From IMG/VR virus record IMGVR_UViG_3300046782_000829: a stretch of 64,000 bases of DNA. One strand, given 5' to 3'. The translations under genes and the position numbers were made by a program. Under the pieces are notes generated by a model. It saw only the letters and a list, made by a program, of their open reading frames with translations. It did no database searches and had not been told where the DNA came from. This document shows positions 37,507 through 45,316 of this stretch, in pieces (positions within the stretch are counted from its first letter, which is position 1; the number at the start of each line of letters is the position of its first letter). The stretch comes from an uncultured virus (IMG/VR IMGVR_UViG_3300046782_000829) (Duplodnaviria; Heunggongvirae; Uroviricota; Caudoviricetes).

Positions 37507-38054
37507 CAGGTTGCCCCGAAGGCCCGGCGGAGCTCGCGCGCGACCTCTTCGCGAATGTACTGGGGACCGAGTCGACGAGTCGTTTTGGCGAGCGGCTGGA
37601 GGCCCCCCTTCTCGGGGTGGAAGATGCCGGTCCGCTTCATCTTGGTCGCGATCGCCCACGCGACCGACCGGTACAGTTCATCAGCAGGCCGGCCCTTCGT
37701 GACCCTGCCGGACGCGGTCTGGTTTCGCTGAGACCCAATGCCCTTTCGGCGGGCCCACTCCGCGAGGGCATCGATCATCTTCCGACCGATCTTGATGTTT
37801 TGGGGCCTGACCCCACCTTCCATCAGGACCGCCTCCAGGACCGTATTGAAGATCGCGGCTCCCGCCGGAACCTGTTCGGCTCGCCACCCGGCTCGCGCGG
37901 TTCCGCGGTCGAGCGGGAGGTCGAGGGTTTTGATCGCCCCTACGATTCGGTAAGCGGCCGCCAAGAGTCCCCGCCGGGCCGCATCCGGCATCGCGCGCCC
38001 GATCCCGGCCGCCCAGGCGCCGGCCTCTTCGATCGGGATAACGGTCGAGGGCAT
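37506..38054 (-). CDS. Neck protein (HK97 gp10-like)
   Basis: PLDRGTARAGW, MEGGVRP, ALAEWARRKG, AWAIATKMKRTG. Confidence 0.72.
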   Translation of the reverse strand: MPSTVIPIEEAGAWAAGIGRAMPDAARRGLLAAAYRIVGAIKTLDLPLDRGTARAGWRAEQVPAGAAIFNTVLEAVLMEGGVRPQNIKIGRKMIDALAEWARRKGIGSQRNQTASGRVTKGRPADELYRSVAWAIATKMKRTGIFHPEKGGLQPLAKTTRRLGPQYIREEVARELRRAFGAT

Positions 38055-38060
38055 GCCGGA

Positions 38061-38089
38061 AGCTTGGCGGCCCCGCGCCATCGGTTCAA
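38061..38089 (-). promoter_or_regulatory. Promoter TTGAAC-N17-CAAGCT, 6 nt before ATG 38054
   Basis: Matches the promoter family. Confidence 0.55.
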
Positions 38090-38091
38090 CG

Positions 38092-38301
38092 ATGGTTACG
38101 CTAATCGTTTACGTCGCGGCCGCGTTTGGGTTCTACCAACACTGGGATGCTGACCTCGTGGAGCACGGGCGGTGGGACCGACCGCTCCTGGTCCTTCAGG
38201 CGTCGGTCTGGTTCGGGATCGTGCTCGTGATGGTCTTGTTCGCGGCTATCTCGGGCGCGGCGCGCGCCGGCGGTGCCGTCCAGCGCTGGCTCACCAGCTA
38301 A
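38092..38301 (+). CDS. Small membrane protein in the opposite orientation within the neck operon
   Basis: 69 aa with two hydrophobic segments; exactly fills the gap between two minus-strand genes. Confidence 0.55.
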   Translation: MVTLIVYVAAAFGFYQHWDADLVEHGRWDRPLLVLQASVWFGIVLVMVLFAAISGAARAGGAVQRWLTS

Positions 38302-38831
38302 GGCAGCTGACGCGCCGGTGGGTCGTCCGAGATTCTCTCGAGTGCGACCGCCCAAAAGACCTGCTCGGCATTCCGGAACGGCTGCCCCAGGATCCGGTAC
38401 TTCTGCGGTCGAACCGGCCCCCCAGAGCGACCGTCCTCGACGAGCTCGTACCAGAAGTCGAACCGCTCCGGAACTTCGTCCGCGCCCGTGCGCGGGTATC
38501 CGAGCCCATTGAGCTGGTCCTCCGTGTACCGCATCGAGATCTCGTCGACCCGGATGGATCCGACCGGGTACGCGCCGGCGTGGAACGGTACCCGCGAGAC
38601 CGCGTCGAGCGGGCTGACGCGCGGGGTCGGGAGCAGCTCTACCCGGCTGAGCTCGCGCTCGCGTCCTTCGCCGCGTTCCTCCCCCGTCCACCCCGAGTGA
38701 ACCAAGAATACCCGGTATGGCCGGATCCCGAGCTTGGTCGCGAGCTGACGAATCTTGTCGGCCTTCCCGACGAGCTTGTCGATGAGGGTTCGGCCGACCT
38801 TACCCGGCGGGAGCGGTCCGACCTTCGGCAT
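38298..38831 (-). CDS. Head closure / neck protein
   Basis: Position after the adaptor gene; beta-rich 177 aa. Confidence 0.55.
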   Translation of the reverse strand: MPKVGPLPPGKVGRTLIDKLVGKADKIRQLATKLGIRPYRVFLVHSGWTGEERGEGRERELSRVELLPTPRVSPLDAVSRVPFHAGAYPVGSIRVDEISMRYTEDQLNGLGYPRTGADEVPERFDFWYELVEDGRSGGPVRPQKYRILGQPFRNAEQVFWAVALERISDDPPARQLP

Positions 38832-38834
38832 CCG

Positions 38835-39245
38835 TCAGTGAACGATCGGCACGTTGATGCCGACCGCTCCCCCACCGGATTGCCAAAATCGCTTGTCGTA
38901 CGGGTTCGGGATCACACCCAAGATGTTGGCGAGCCCGTTCCGGATGAAGTCGTACCGCTGGATGACCTTCTCGAACTCGTCCGGGTTCAGGTCGATCGAC
39001 CCGACCTTGCTTGCGACGAGCGTCTCGGTGTCGTCGAACAGTTGGAACTCGACCGCGTCGAGTTGATCGAGGAGCTGTCGCGCCTTCGCCTCGGCCGGCA
39101 ACAGGATCTTGTCCATCGCGGGCTCGATCATGAACTGGGTCTGGACCGACGCCGGGACACCTAACACGAACGTCGCGACCTCCGCGACGTTGAGGTAGCC
39201 GAGGTGATGCCGAATCCGGACCCGTTCGTCCTCCGAAAGCGCCAC
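38835..39245 (-). CDS. Head-tail adaptor protein
   Basis: MALSEDERVRIRHHLGY; helical 136 aa downstream of the capsid gene. Confidence 0.6.
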   Translation of the reverse strand: MALSEDERVRIRHHLGYLNVAEVATFVLGVPASVQTQFMIEPAMDKILLPAEAKARQLLDQLDAVEFQLFDDTETLVASKVGSIDLNPDEFEKVIQRYDFIRNGLANILGVIPNPYDKRFWQSGGGAVGINVPIVH

Positions 39246-39246
39246 C

Positions 39247-39570
39247 CTACTCCTCCAGCTTCTGGAGCTGAACTCCCTGACCGATGAGGTCCTCGATCCG
39301 GTAGTTCGACTCGTCGACGATCTTGCCGGGCTTCAGCATCGTCAGGGAACCGCGGTGCATGATCCGACGTTCTTGAAGGACCCGGTAGCGGGCGACCGGT
39401 ACGACGGGCTCATCGGGCTCGCGTTCCTCGCGCGCGGCCCTGACGAGGTCGGGGGGCGCGAGCGGGATCGTTGCCGAGTCGTGTTCGACGAACGGTGCCC
39501 CCGAACTTCCCCCGGGGATCTGGGATTCTGCCTGCTGGGCCTGCTGCGGCTTCGGTGCTGATCTGGCCAT
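39247..39570 (-). CDS. Hypothetical virion-associated protein
   Basis: GGAGG RBS; between capsid and adaptor genes. Confidence 0.65.
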   Translation of the reverse strand: MARSAPKPQQAQQAESQIPGGSSGAPFVEHDSATIPLAPPDLVRAAREEREPDEPVVPVARYRVLQERRIMHRGSLTMLKPGKIVDESNYRIEDLIGQGVQLQKLEE

Positions 39571-39622
39571 CTCGTCTGTACCTCCGCGGTTCCTTTACCG
39601 CCCCCGCGAAGGGCGGACAAGC

Positions 39623-39652
39623 AAAAGGCCACCCGGCGTAAACCAGGTGGCC
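39623..39652 (-). terminator. Intrinsic terminator after the major capsid gene
   Basis: GGCCACCTGG-TTTACG-CCGGGTGGCC-TTTT on the minus strand. Confidence 0.75.
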
Positions 39653-39681
39653 CTTCGCGGCTTACGGGAAGCGACTAAGCG

Positions 39682-41091
39682 CTAGCCCAATGCGTGCTCA
39701 ATCACGACAGCGCGCTTGTAGAGCTCGCTGCCACCCTGCGCGGTGAAGTCGGTCGGGGCCGACCAGCCGGCCGTGATGGACCAGCTCGAACTGACGAGGT
39801 CCTGCATGCGGTTCACGGGAGCCCGGATGATCAGCCGGATACGGTCGGTCGAGATCTGGACGCCGTTGTTCACGATGTCGAACTCGCCGATCTTCCCGTT
39901 GACGCCCGCTTCGCTCACGTAGGCGGACTCGTCGAGCCCGTGCTCGTAGAGGGCGCCGCGGCCACATACGATCACGCGTCCGACCTTTACGCCGCCGTTG
40001 TTGACGACTTCGGCGCCGATGTCGGCCGCGTAGAACGCATTCGCCGAAGTTCCGGTCAGGGTCCCGGAGTTCCCCGAGTCAGGCGACTCGGTGTTCATGT
40101 AGAACGAGACGCCCGCGACGGTCCCGATGTACGCCTGCTTGTAGGGGGCGTTCTCGGGCAGCGATTGCTGAAGGCGCTGGTAGACCGGGTCCTGGAACAC
40201 TTGAGCGTTCGTCAGGCTCGACAGGTGAGCGTGATAGAACCCGTCCTCGTGGGGCGGCACGTTGCGCTGGCGGAGTTCCGCGCAGGCATTGATGACGTCC
40301 TGAAGCGCGATCGTGTCCGAGCTTGAAAGCGCGTCGACCGAGTCACCACCGCCGCTGCGGAGGATCTTCGGGCGGAGCGCCGAAAGCACGGGCGAGCGGG
40401 TCGCGACGACCGACCCGACGGTCGCGGAGAGCGTCAAGGTACCGGGCCCGAACGGGTCCGTGGGGTCGTCGGGAGCGAAACCGATCGCGTTGCGGACGAT
40501 CGGGGTCGCGCCGTTCATGATCGTGATCGAGAGCGGCGAGGAGGGACCGATCGGAACCGGGCGAACCTGAGCGTTCGTCGAACCGATGACGGTCGTGAAC
40601 CCGTTGAGGGCCGCGACCCGGATCGTGGTGTCGCCGGTACCGGTTGCGGCGATCAGGTTCGTCGAGCCTCCCAAGTAGGGCTTGAAGAACGCGTTGCGGG
40701 CCATTCGGTTGACCGACATACCGGCCTGGATGCCGAGTTGGTGAACGTTCCGGCCGAACTGGTCGCCGATCGAAACGGCGCTGGTCGGCATGTGGGTGTC
40801 GATCGAATCGCCGTATTGGTCGATGCGCGCGTACCACTGCTCGTACGTCAGGGCCTGGGGATTGGGGTCGACGCCCGCGACGAGCGGGGTTGTCTTGGGG
40901 CGCAGAAGGCCCGGGCGGGTCTCCAGCTTCTCGGTGCCGAGGTTACCCTCGAAGCGCTGAAACATACCCTCGGCGCGGTACTGGAGCGCCGGCACAAGAC
41001 CGTCGTGGAATGCCCTCTCGAGCATCCCCTCTTGGATGAGCGACTGAATGCCCTCCGGGAGGGCAGAGACGATAGAGCCTTGGATGGCCAT
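39682..41091 (-). CDS. Major capsid protein
   Basis: 469 aa after the scaffold gene; TYEQWYARIDQYG, PVNRMQDLVSSSW; followed by a terminator. Confidence 0.82.
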   Translation of the reverse strand: MAIQGSIVSALPEGIQSLIQEGMLERAFHDGLVPALQYRAEGMFQRFEGNLGTEKLETRPGLLRPKTTPLVAGVDPNPQALTYEQWYARIDQYGDSIDTHMPTSAVSIGDQFGRNVHQLGIQAGMSVNRMARNAFFKPYLGGSTNLIAATGTGDTTIRVAALNGFTTVIGSTNAQVRPVPIGPSSPLSITIMNGATPIVRNAIGFAPDDPTDPFGPGTLTLSATVGSVVATRSPVLSALRPKILRSGGGDSVDALSSSDTIALQDVINACAELRQRNVPPHEDGFYHAHLSSLTNAQVFQDPVYQRLQQSLPENAPYKQAYIGTVAGVSFYMNTESPDSGNSGTLTGTSANAFYAADIGAEVVNNGGVKVGRVIVCGRGALYEHGLDESAYVSEAGVNGKIGEFDIVNNGVQISTDRIRLIIRAPVNRMQDLVSSSWSITAGWSAPTDFTAQGGSELYKRAVVIEHALG

Positions 41092-41227
41092 TGGGATGGA
41101 TCTTTCGGGTGGGGGTTCTGGTAGCCTTCGCTACTGGGCCTCTGCCACTCCTCCCGGGACCGACCGTTAACCGCCGTCGTGCGCGTATTGGGGGACTGGG
41201 TCTGCCTGTTCGCGTCTGGACACCGGA

Positions 41228-41256
41228 ACCGTGGCATTCGTCCCGAGCCCGCGCAA
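41228..41256 (-). promoter_or_regulatory. Promoter TTGCGC-N17-CACGGT upstream of the capsid gene
   Basis: Matches the promoter family; lies just downstream of a terminator-like hairpin. Confidence 0.45.
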
Positions 41257-41265
41257 GCCGCCCCC

Positions 41266-41308
41266 AAAAGCAGAAGGGGCAAACGACCTCTCGATCGCTT
41301 GCCCCTCC
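41266..41308 (-). terminator. 16-bp GNRA-capped hairpin plus TGCTTTT after the scaffold gene
   Basis: GGAGGGGCAAGCGATC-GAGA-GGTCGTTTGCCCCTTC with G:U pairs. Confidence 0.65.
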
Positions 41309-41327
41309 GGGGATCAGGACGTCCTCG

Positions 41328-42182
41328 TTACCAGGACATACCGCGCGCCCGCTTGTACTCGGCGAGCTCGGTGCTGTTCATCGAGTTCGGCTGACCGGGC
41401 CGCGGGGTCTTACCGCCGAACTTCCCCATGTCGAGAGAAGACGTTGCGGTCTTGCGGTCCTTCGGTTTCGTATCGAGCGGCACCTTCGGTTTCTTGGCCG
41501 CCTCGGCCGTCTCGCGCTTCTTCTTGTCGTCGTCGGTCTCGGTCGAATCGGCCCCGCGCGCAATCTTCGGGTGCTTCTCCGCGTACTGCCGGAACCAGGT
41601 CGAAACATCTTCTTCGTCCATCGCCCTGACCTTCGAGCTTGAGAGCCCCCGGACGTGGCGACGGAATCGGTCGAGCGCGACATCGACGTAGTCTTCCTCG
41701 AACAGCTTCGCGGCGATCTTCGTCAGGACCTGCTCCTGGCGATCGGCCAACATCCCCTCTTCCTTCTCGGAATTGAGGCGCTCGAGTTCCGCGATCCGGT
41801 CCTCCTTCTTCTTGAGGTCCTCCTTGAGTCGCGTCTCCTCGTCGAGCTTCGCCCGGCGCTCTTCATCCGCCTTTGCGTCGGCGGCTTCTTTCGCCTTCTT
41901 GAGCGACTGGGCTTCCTTGCGCTCTTCGGCGATCTTGTCGAGATCGCTCGTTCCGAAGATCCGGCGGAGTTCCTTCGCCGACATCTGGGCGACCCGCTTG
42001 AGGAACTGGGCCTGCGGGATCTTGTAGACGCCGTCGTCATCCGGGACGAGATCGTCGTCGTCACCCTTCGCGGCTTTCGGCGGATCTTTCGGCTTCTCTT
42101 CGGAAGCCTTCGGGGGATCCTTCGGTTTCTCTTCGAGCGTCTTCTCGACCGGTTTCTCAACCGGCTTTTCTTCTTCAGCCAT
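41328..42182 (-). CDS. Capsid scaffolding protein
   Basis: Highly charged coiled coil upstream of the capsid gene; GGAGG RBS. Confidence 0.8.
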   Translation of the reverse strand: MAEEEKPVEKPVEKTLEEKPKDPPKASEEKPKDPPKAAKGDDDDLVPDDDGVYKIPQAQFLKRVAQMSAKELRRIFGTSDLDKIAEERKEAQSLKKAKEAADAKADEERRAKLDEETRLKEDLKKKEDRIAELERLNSEKEEGMLADRQEQVLTKIAAKLFEEDYVDVALDRFRRHVRGLSSSKVRAMDEEDVSTWFRQYAEKHPKIARGADSTETDDDKKKRETAEAAKKPKVPLDTKPKDRKTATSSLDMGKFGGKTPRPGQPNSMNSTELAEYKRARGMSW

Positions 42183-42248
42183 TGATTCCTCCACGGGGTC
42201 AGGGGTCGTTTATCCCCCGACCCCGCGGGGCGAACACGCGAGACCCTC

Positions 42249-42929
42249 TCAGGTCAGGACGCCTTCGGAAGCCTTCAGGAGCGTATCGAGGTTCGTACCG
42301 GGCACGAGACCGAGCGTGATGGTCGCTTGCGTGACGGCATCGGCGGAAACGAACTGAACCGTGTCCTTCGCGAGGTTGAGGTTGCACTGAAGGGTCGTGC
42401 TGGAGCGCGAACCCGGCGCAATCACTTTGCCCTCACCCGTCACGGTCCCGACCGTCAGAACGGCCCGGAGCAACATCACGGCGCCGATCGCGGTCACGGA
42501 TGTCGGGAGTGCAATATCACTCGTCACGACCGGGAGCGTGAGCGTTACGGTATCCATGACGGCCGGCAAGTAGTCGACGTCGACGCGAGTCCAGGCGTCA
42601 GCGGACGCGAACGTCAGGTCGCCGGCGGCCGAGATGTTGATGTGACCGGCGGCGGTGGCGCTCGTCATCGGGGGAGTGTCGATCACCAACTCGGCAGGAG
42701 TGCCGGAACCCGCGACCGCGACCGCTCGATGAATCCGACACGCCTTCGCGTCGTTCGGGAGCTTGAGCGTGTGGGTCGAGGCAATCTGGTCGAGCGGCAC
42801 GGGCGCGCTGGGGGCCTGCTTGTAGAGGTGAACCGAGAGGGACCGCAGGACGTCGCCGAGTTTTGCGGTGCGGAACTCGTCAGCGAGATGGTTCGGGTTG
42901 GCTCGGTTGAAAGCGTCCTTCAGGCTCAT
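42249..42929 (-). CDS. Putative head structural/decoration protein
   Basis: Beta-rich 226 aa in the head cluster; GAGGAG RBS. Confidence 0.55.
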   Translation of the reverse strand: MSLKDAFNRANPNHLADEFRTAKLGDVLRSLSVHLYKQAPSAPVPLDQIASTHTLKLPNDAKACRIHRAVAVAGSGTPAELVIDTPPMTSATAAGHINISAAGDLTFASADAWTRVDVDYLPAVMDTVTLTLPVVTSDIALPTSVTAIGAVMLLRAVLTVGTVTGEGKVIAPGSRSSTTLQCNLNLAKDTVQFVSADAVTQATITLGLVPGTNLDTLLKASEGVLT

Positions 42930-42966
42930 TGGGCATTCTCCTCGGGGTGGGCCCCCAGAACGTGAT

Positions 42967-43386
42967 TCACTGCGGTCCGGCGATCAAGTAAACGATCTTG
43001 CCGTTCCCCTTGGCCTCGAGGCCCTTCAGGTAGCCGTTCGAGGGGAATTCGAACATCTGCGTGCCGTCGATCGGAAGGATCGACACGATATCGGATCCGC
43101 CCCCCGGGTCCTGTAGCGTGAGCCGGATCTGAAACCCCGACCCGCCCGCGACCCTCACGTACAGGAGCGTCCCCTGCTGAACCGTATCGGTCGGGCCGAC
43201 CCCCGAGAGGGTTGCGAACGATCCGGCGCTCGCGAGGTTCCGCTCGAGGGTTCCGGTTGAGGCGTTGACGAGCTTCTTTTGCGGGGCGAGCGAAAGCGGT
43301 TCCGTATGGGTCCCGGACGGGAACGACGAGTCAGAGACCACGTCGGGTCCGACCGAGAGACTGCCGTCCAGGACCGCGATCGACAC
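42967..43386 (-). CDS. Hypothetical beta-rich protein in the head cluster
   Basis: 139-aa ORF packed against its neighbours. Confidence 0.6.
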   Translation of the reverse strand: MSIAVLDGSLSVGPDVVSDSSFPSGTHTEPLSLAPQKKLVNASTGTLERNLASAGSFATLSGVGPTDTVQQGTLLYVRVAGGSGFQIRLTLQDPGGGSDIVSILPIDGTQMFEFPSNGYLKGLEAKGNGKIVYLIAGPQ

Positions 43387-43389
43387 GGG

Positions 43390-43749
43390 TTACTTCCCGA
43401 GCCTGTACGATTTGCGGGGATTCCCCATCGAGCCAGCACCGCGCTCGGGGGACGCCGGCGCGTCGAGTTTTTTCAGGAGCTCGCCGGAGGGTGACGTTTC
43501 GGTATTGAGGTCGGACGACTCACCCTGGGGTTGCTTCTTCTGCTCACCCTTCGTGAAGTCGCGGCCCTCGCCGGTCTTCATACCGCCCGGATTGCGGGTG
43601 AAGTCGTTGCCGGCGCCGGTCTTGACGCCGCCCGGGTTTTTGACGAAGTCGTTTCCACCGGTCGTCGGGCCGGTCGCGGTCGAGGCTCCCTTGCCGTTTC
43701 CGAAGGGGCTCTCTTTACCGGTACCGGGATATTTGCCGTCAGCGTTCAT
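43390..43749 (-). CDS. Gly-rich disordered protein with three G(N/R)DFxx repeats
   Basis: GAGGTG RBS and its own promoter (43768-43796). Confidence 0.65.
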   Translation of the reverse strand: MNADGKYPGTGKESPFGNGKGASTATGPTTGGNDFVKNPGGVKTGAGNDFTRNPGGMKTGEGRDFTKGEQKKQPQGESSDLNTETSPSGELLKKLDAPASPERGAGSMGNPRKSYRLGK

Positions 43750-43792
43750 CTGTCACCTCGCAGGCCAATCATGGATGGGGGCGCGGAGTGGT

Positions 43793-44038
43793 TCAACCAC
43801 GCAACCGATAAGACTTCTTGGGGGCTTCTTTCGCGGGAGGCTTGAGCGGGGTCTCGCCGTCGGGGCCGGGGTCACGTTTCACCTCGCCGGGCGGATACCC
43901 CGGGTAGACCTTGGTTGGAGCAACGGCGGCCGGTGGGTCGGGCATCTTGCCGGGTGCCGGTTTCCCGCTGAGCGAGTACTGCCCCGTGTGGTCCCGTAGT
44001 CCGGTTGCGTCTCTCAGCTTGTAAGGTTTCGTCGCCAT
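43793..44038 (-). CDS. Pro/Lys-rich small protein
   Basis: GGAGG RBS directly after a 20-bp palindrome. Confidence 0.62.
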   Translation of the reverse strand: MATKPYKLRDATGLRDHTGQYSLSGKPAPGKMPDPPAAVAPTKVYPGYPPGEVKRDPGPDGETPLKPPAKEAPKKSYRLRG

Positions 44039-44048
44039 CCTGGCCTCC

Positions 44049-44068
44049 ACCGCGCCGCGCGGCGCGGT
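44049..44068. repeat. 20-bp palindrome, intergenic
   Basis: Exact copy. Confidence 0.9.
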
Positions 44069-44108
44069 CCCGTAGCTTCGCGCCCCCAGGGGAGCGGTGC
44101 AAGGGGCG

Positions 44109-45128
44109 CTACTTTCCGAACTTCTCGAGCGGGATCGTCGTCATCTTGGGCCGCGGCGGTACGGGGCCCTTCCGGCCCTCCGCGCGCCAGCGCGCGCTTA
44201 CCTGCTCGGCCGGACGCCACGCGAGCGTCGCGGGGATCGGCCACGAAACCCGGTGCGGGATGACGGTCTCGCGATCGTTCGGTCGATTCGGTGGGTGTTG
44301 GTAAAGCCCGAGGTACCAACCGAACGGTTCCTGCATTCGACGGATCTGGCCATGAACCTGGTAGGAGTCCCACGAGGTGCGGTCGTCGAACACCGCGCAC
44401 AGGATCTTCGTCATATCGCCAAGCTGCTTGTCCGCCTCCTGCATCCCCTCGTGCGCGGCAGCGTTGTACGCGTACATCGACTCAGTGCGAACGATCCGTT
44501 CCGCCCAGTGTTTCGGAGCCCCCTGGAGGAAAGGCGAGTTTTCGACGAGGTCCTGCCGGACTTCCGCCCATGACTTGCGGGCCACGAGCCCGACCTGAAG
44601 CGACTCCTCGAACTGCCCCACCACCTCTTCGCCGTACCGGTCCAGGATCCCCTTCTTGGCCGGATGCTCAGGCGTCTCATCGCCGGTCGACATCAGCCGG
44701 CGCAGCATCGACGAATCGGTCCCGGAATAGGCACGGTCGAGGATCGCGGCTTCCTTCAGCGCGAGCGGTCGCGCCCCAACCCCCCTGAATGCCTTCTCGG
44801 CGCGTCCGAGGTAGTCGACGAGGTTACCGACGGACCGGTCGACCGCGTCGTGCCCTTGGTCGACCACGAGCCGCCCCAGGCCCTTCTGGAGTCCCTTCGA
44901 GACATCCCGGACCTGCCGGAGCGTCGCCTGAAGTTGCTCGTGTGTGAACGACCCCTGACCGGGCCCTCCACCGGCACGCGTCGACGCTGCGATCCGTTTC
45001 GTCAGGTCGGCCGCGGCCCGGTCGAGGAGCTTCTGAAGTCGTTTCTGCCCGACCCGGCTCGAAAGGTCGATCGCCTCGGCGCGGTTGCGCTTAACGACGT
45101 CGAGTAGGGCCTCGTCCCGCTTGGCCAT
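44109..45128 (-). CDS. MuF / SPP1 gp7-like minor head protein
   Basis: AERIVRTE, DDRT...HGQIR, HPPNRPNDR. Confidence 0.85.
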   Translation of the reverse strand: MAKRDEALLDVVKRNRAEAIDLSSRVGQKRLQKLLDRAAADLTKRIAASTRAGGGPGQGSFTHEQLQATLRQVRDVSKGLQKGLGRLVVDQGHDAVDRSVGNLVDYLGRAEKAFRGVGARPLALKEAAILDRAYSGTDSSMLRRLMSTGDETPEHPAKKGILDRYGEEVVGQFEESLQVGLVARKSWAEVRQDLVENSPFLQGAPKHWAERIVRTESMYAYNAAAHEGMQEADKQLGDMTKILCAVFDDRTSWDSYQVHGQIRRMQEPFGWYLGLYQHPPNRPNDRETVIPHRVSWPIPATLAWRPAEQVSARWRAEGRKGPVPPRPKMTTIPLEKFGK

Positions 45129-45291
45129 TACGGATCCTCTCGAGTCGGCGGGTCGCGGCCCAGCAGAGGTCGCACAGACAGGTCTTCAGGACCCCGCTCT
45201 GGCACCGGCGTGCCGCGTGGTCGGAGATTAACCGGATGAGCCTGTCGATCTCGATCTGCTCGGGAGCAGGCGGTTGAACGCGGCGACGCAT
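45091..45291 (-). CDS. Small Cys-rich protein
   Basis: Preceded by TTGAAG-N17-CACGAT-N5-ATG; CLCDLC motif. Confidence 0.45.
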   Translation of the reverse strand: MRRRVQPPAPEQIEIDRLIRLISDHAARRCQSGVLKTCLCDLCWAATRRLERIRNGQAGRGPTRRR

Positions 45292-45316
45292 TCACGATCG
45301 TGAACACGCGGCGCCT

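Noticed and set aside
20874..38831. Tail block as a stand-alone contractile injection system or tailocin
   Set aside because: Portal, scaffold, capsid and a full replication module are present, so this is a phage.
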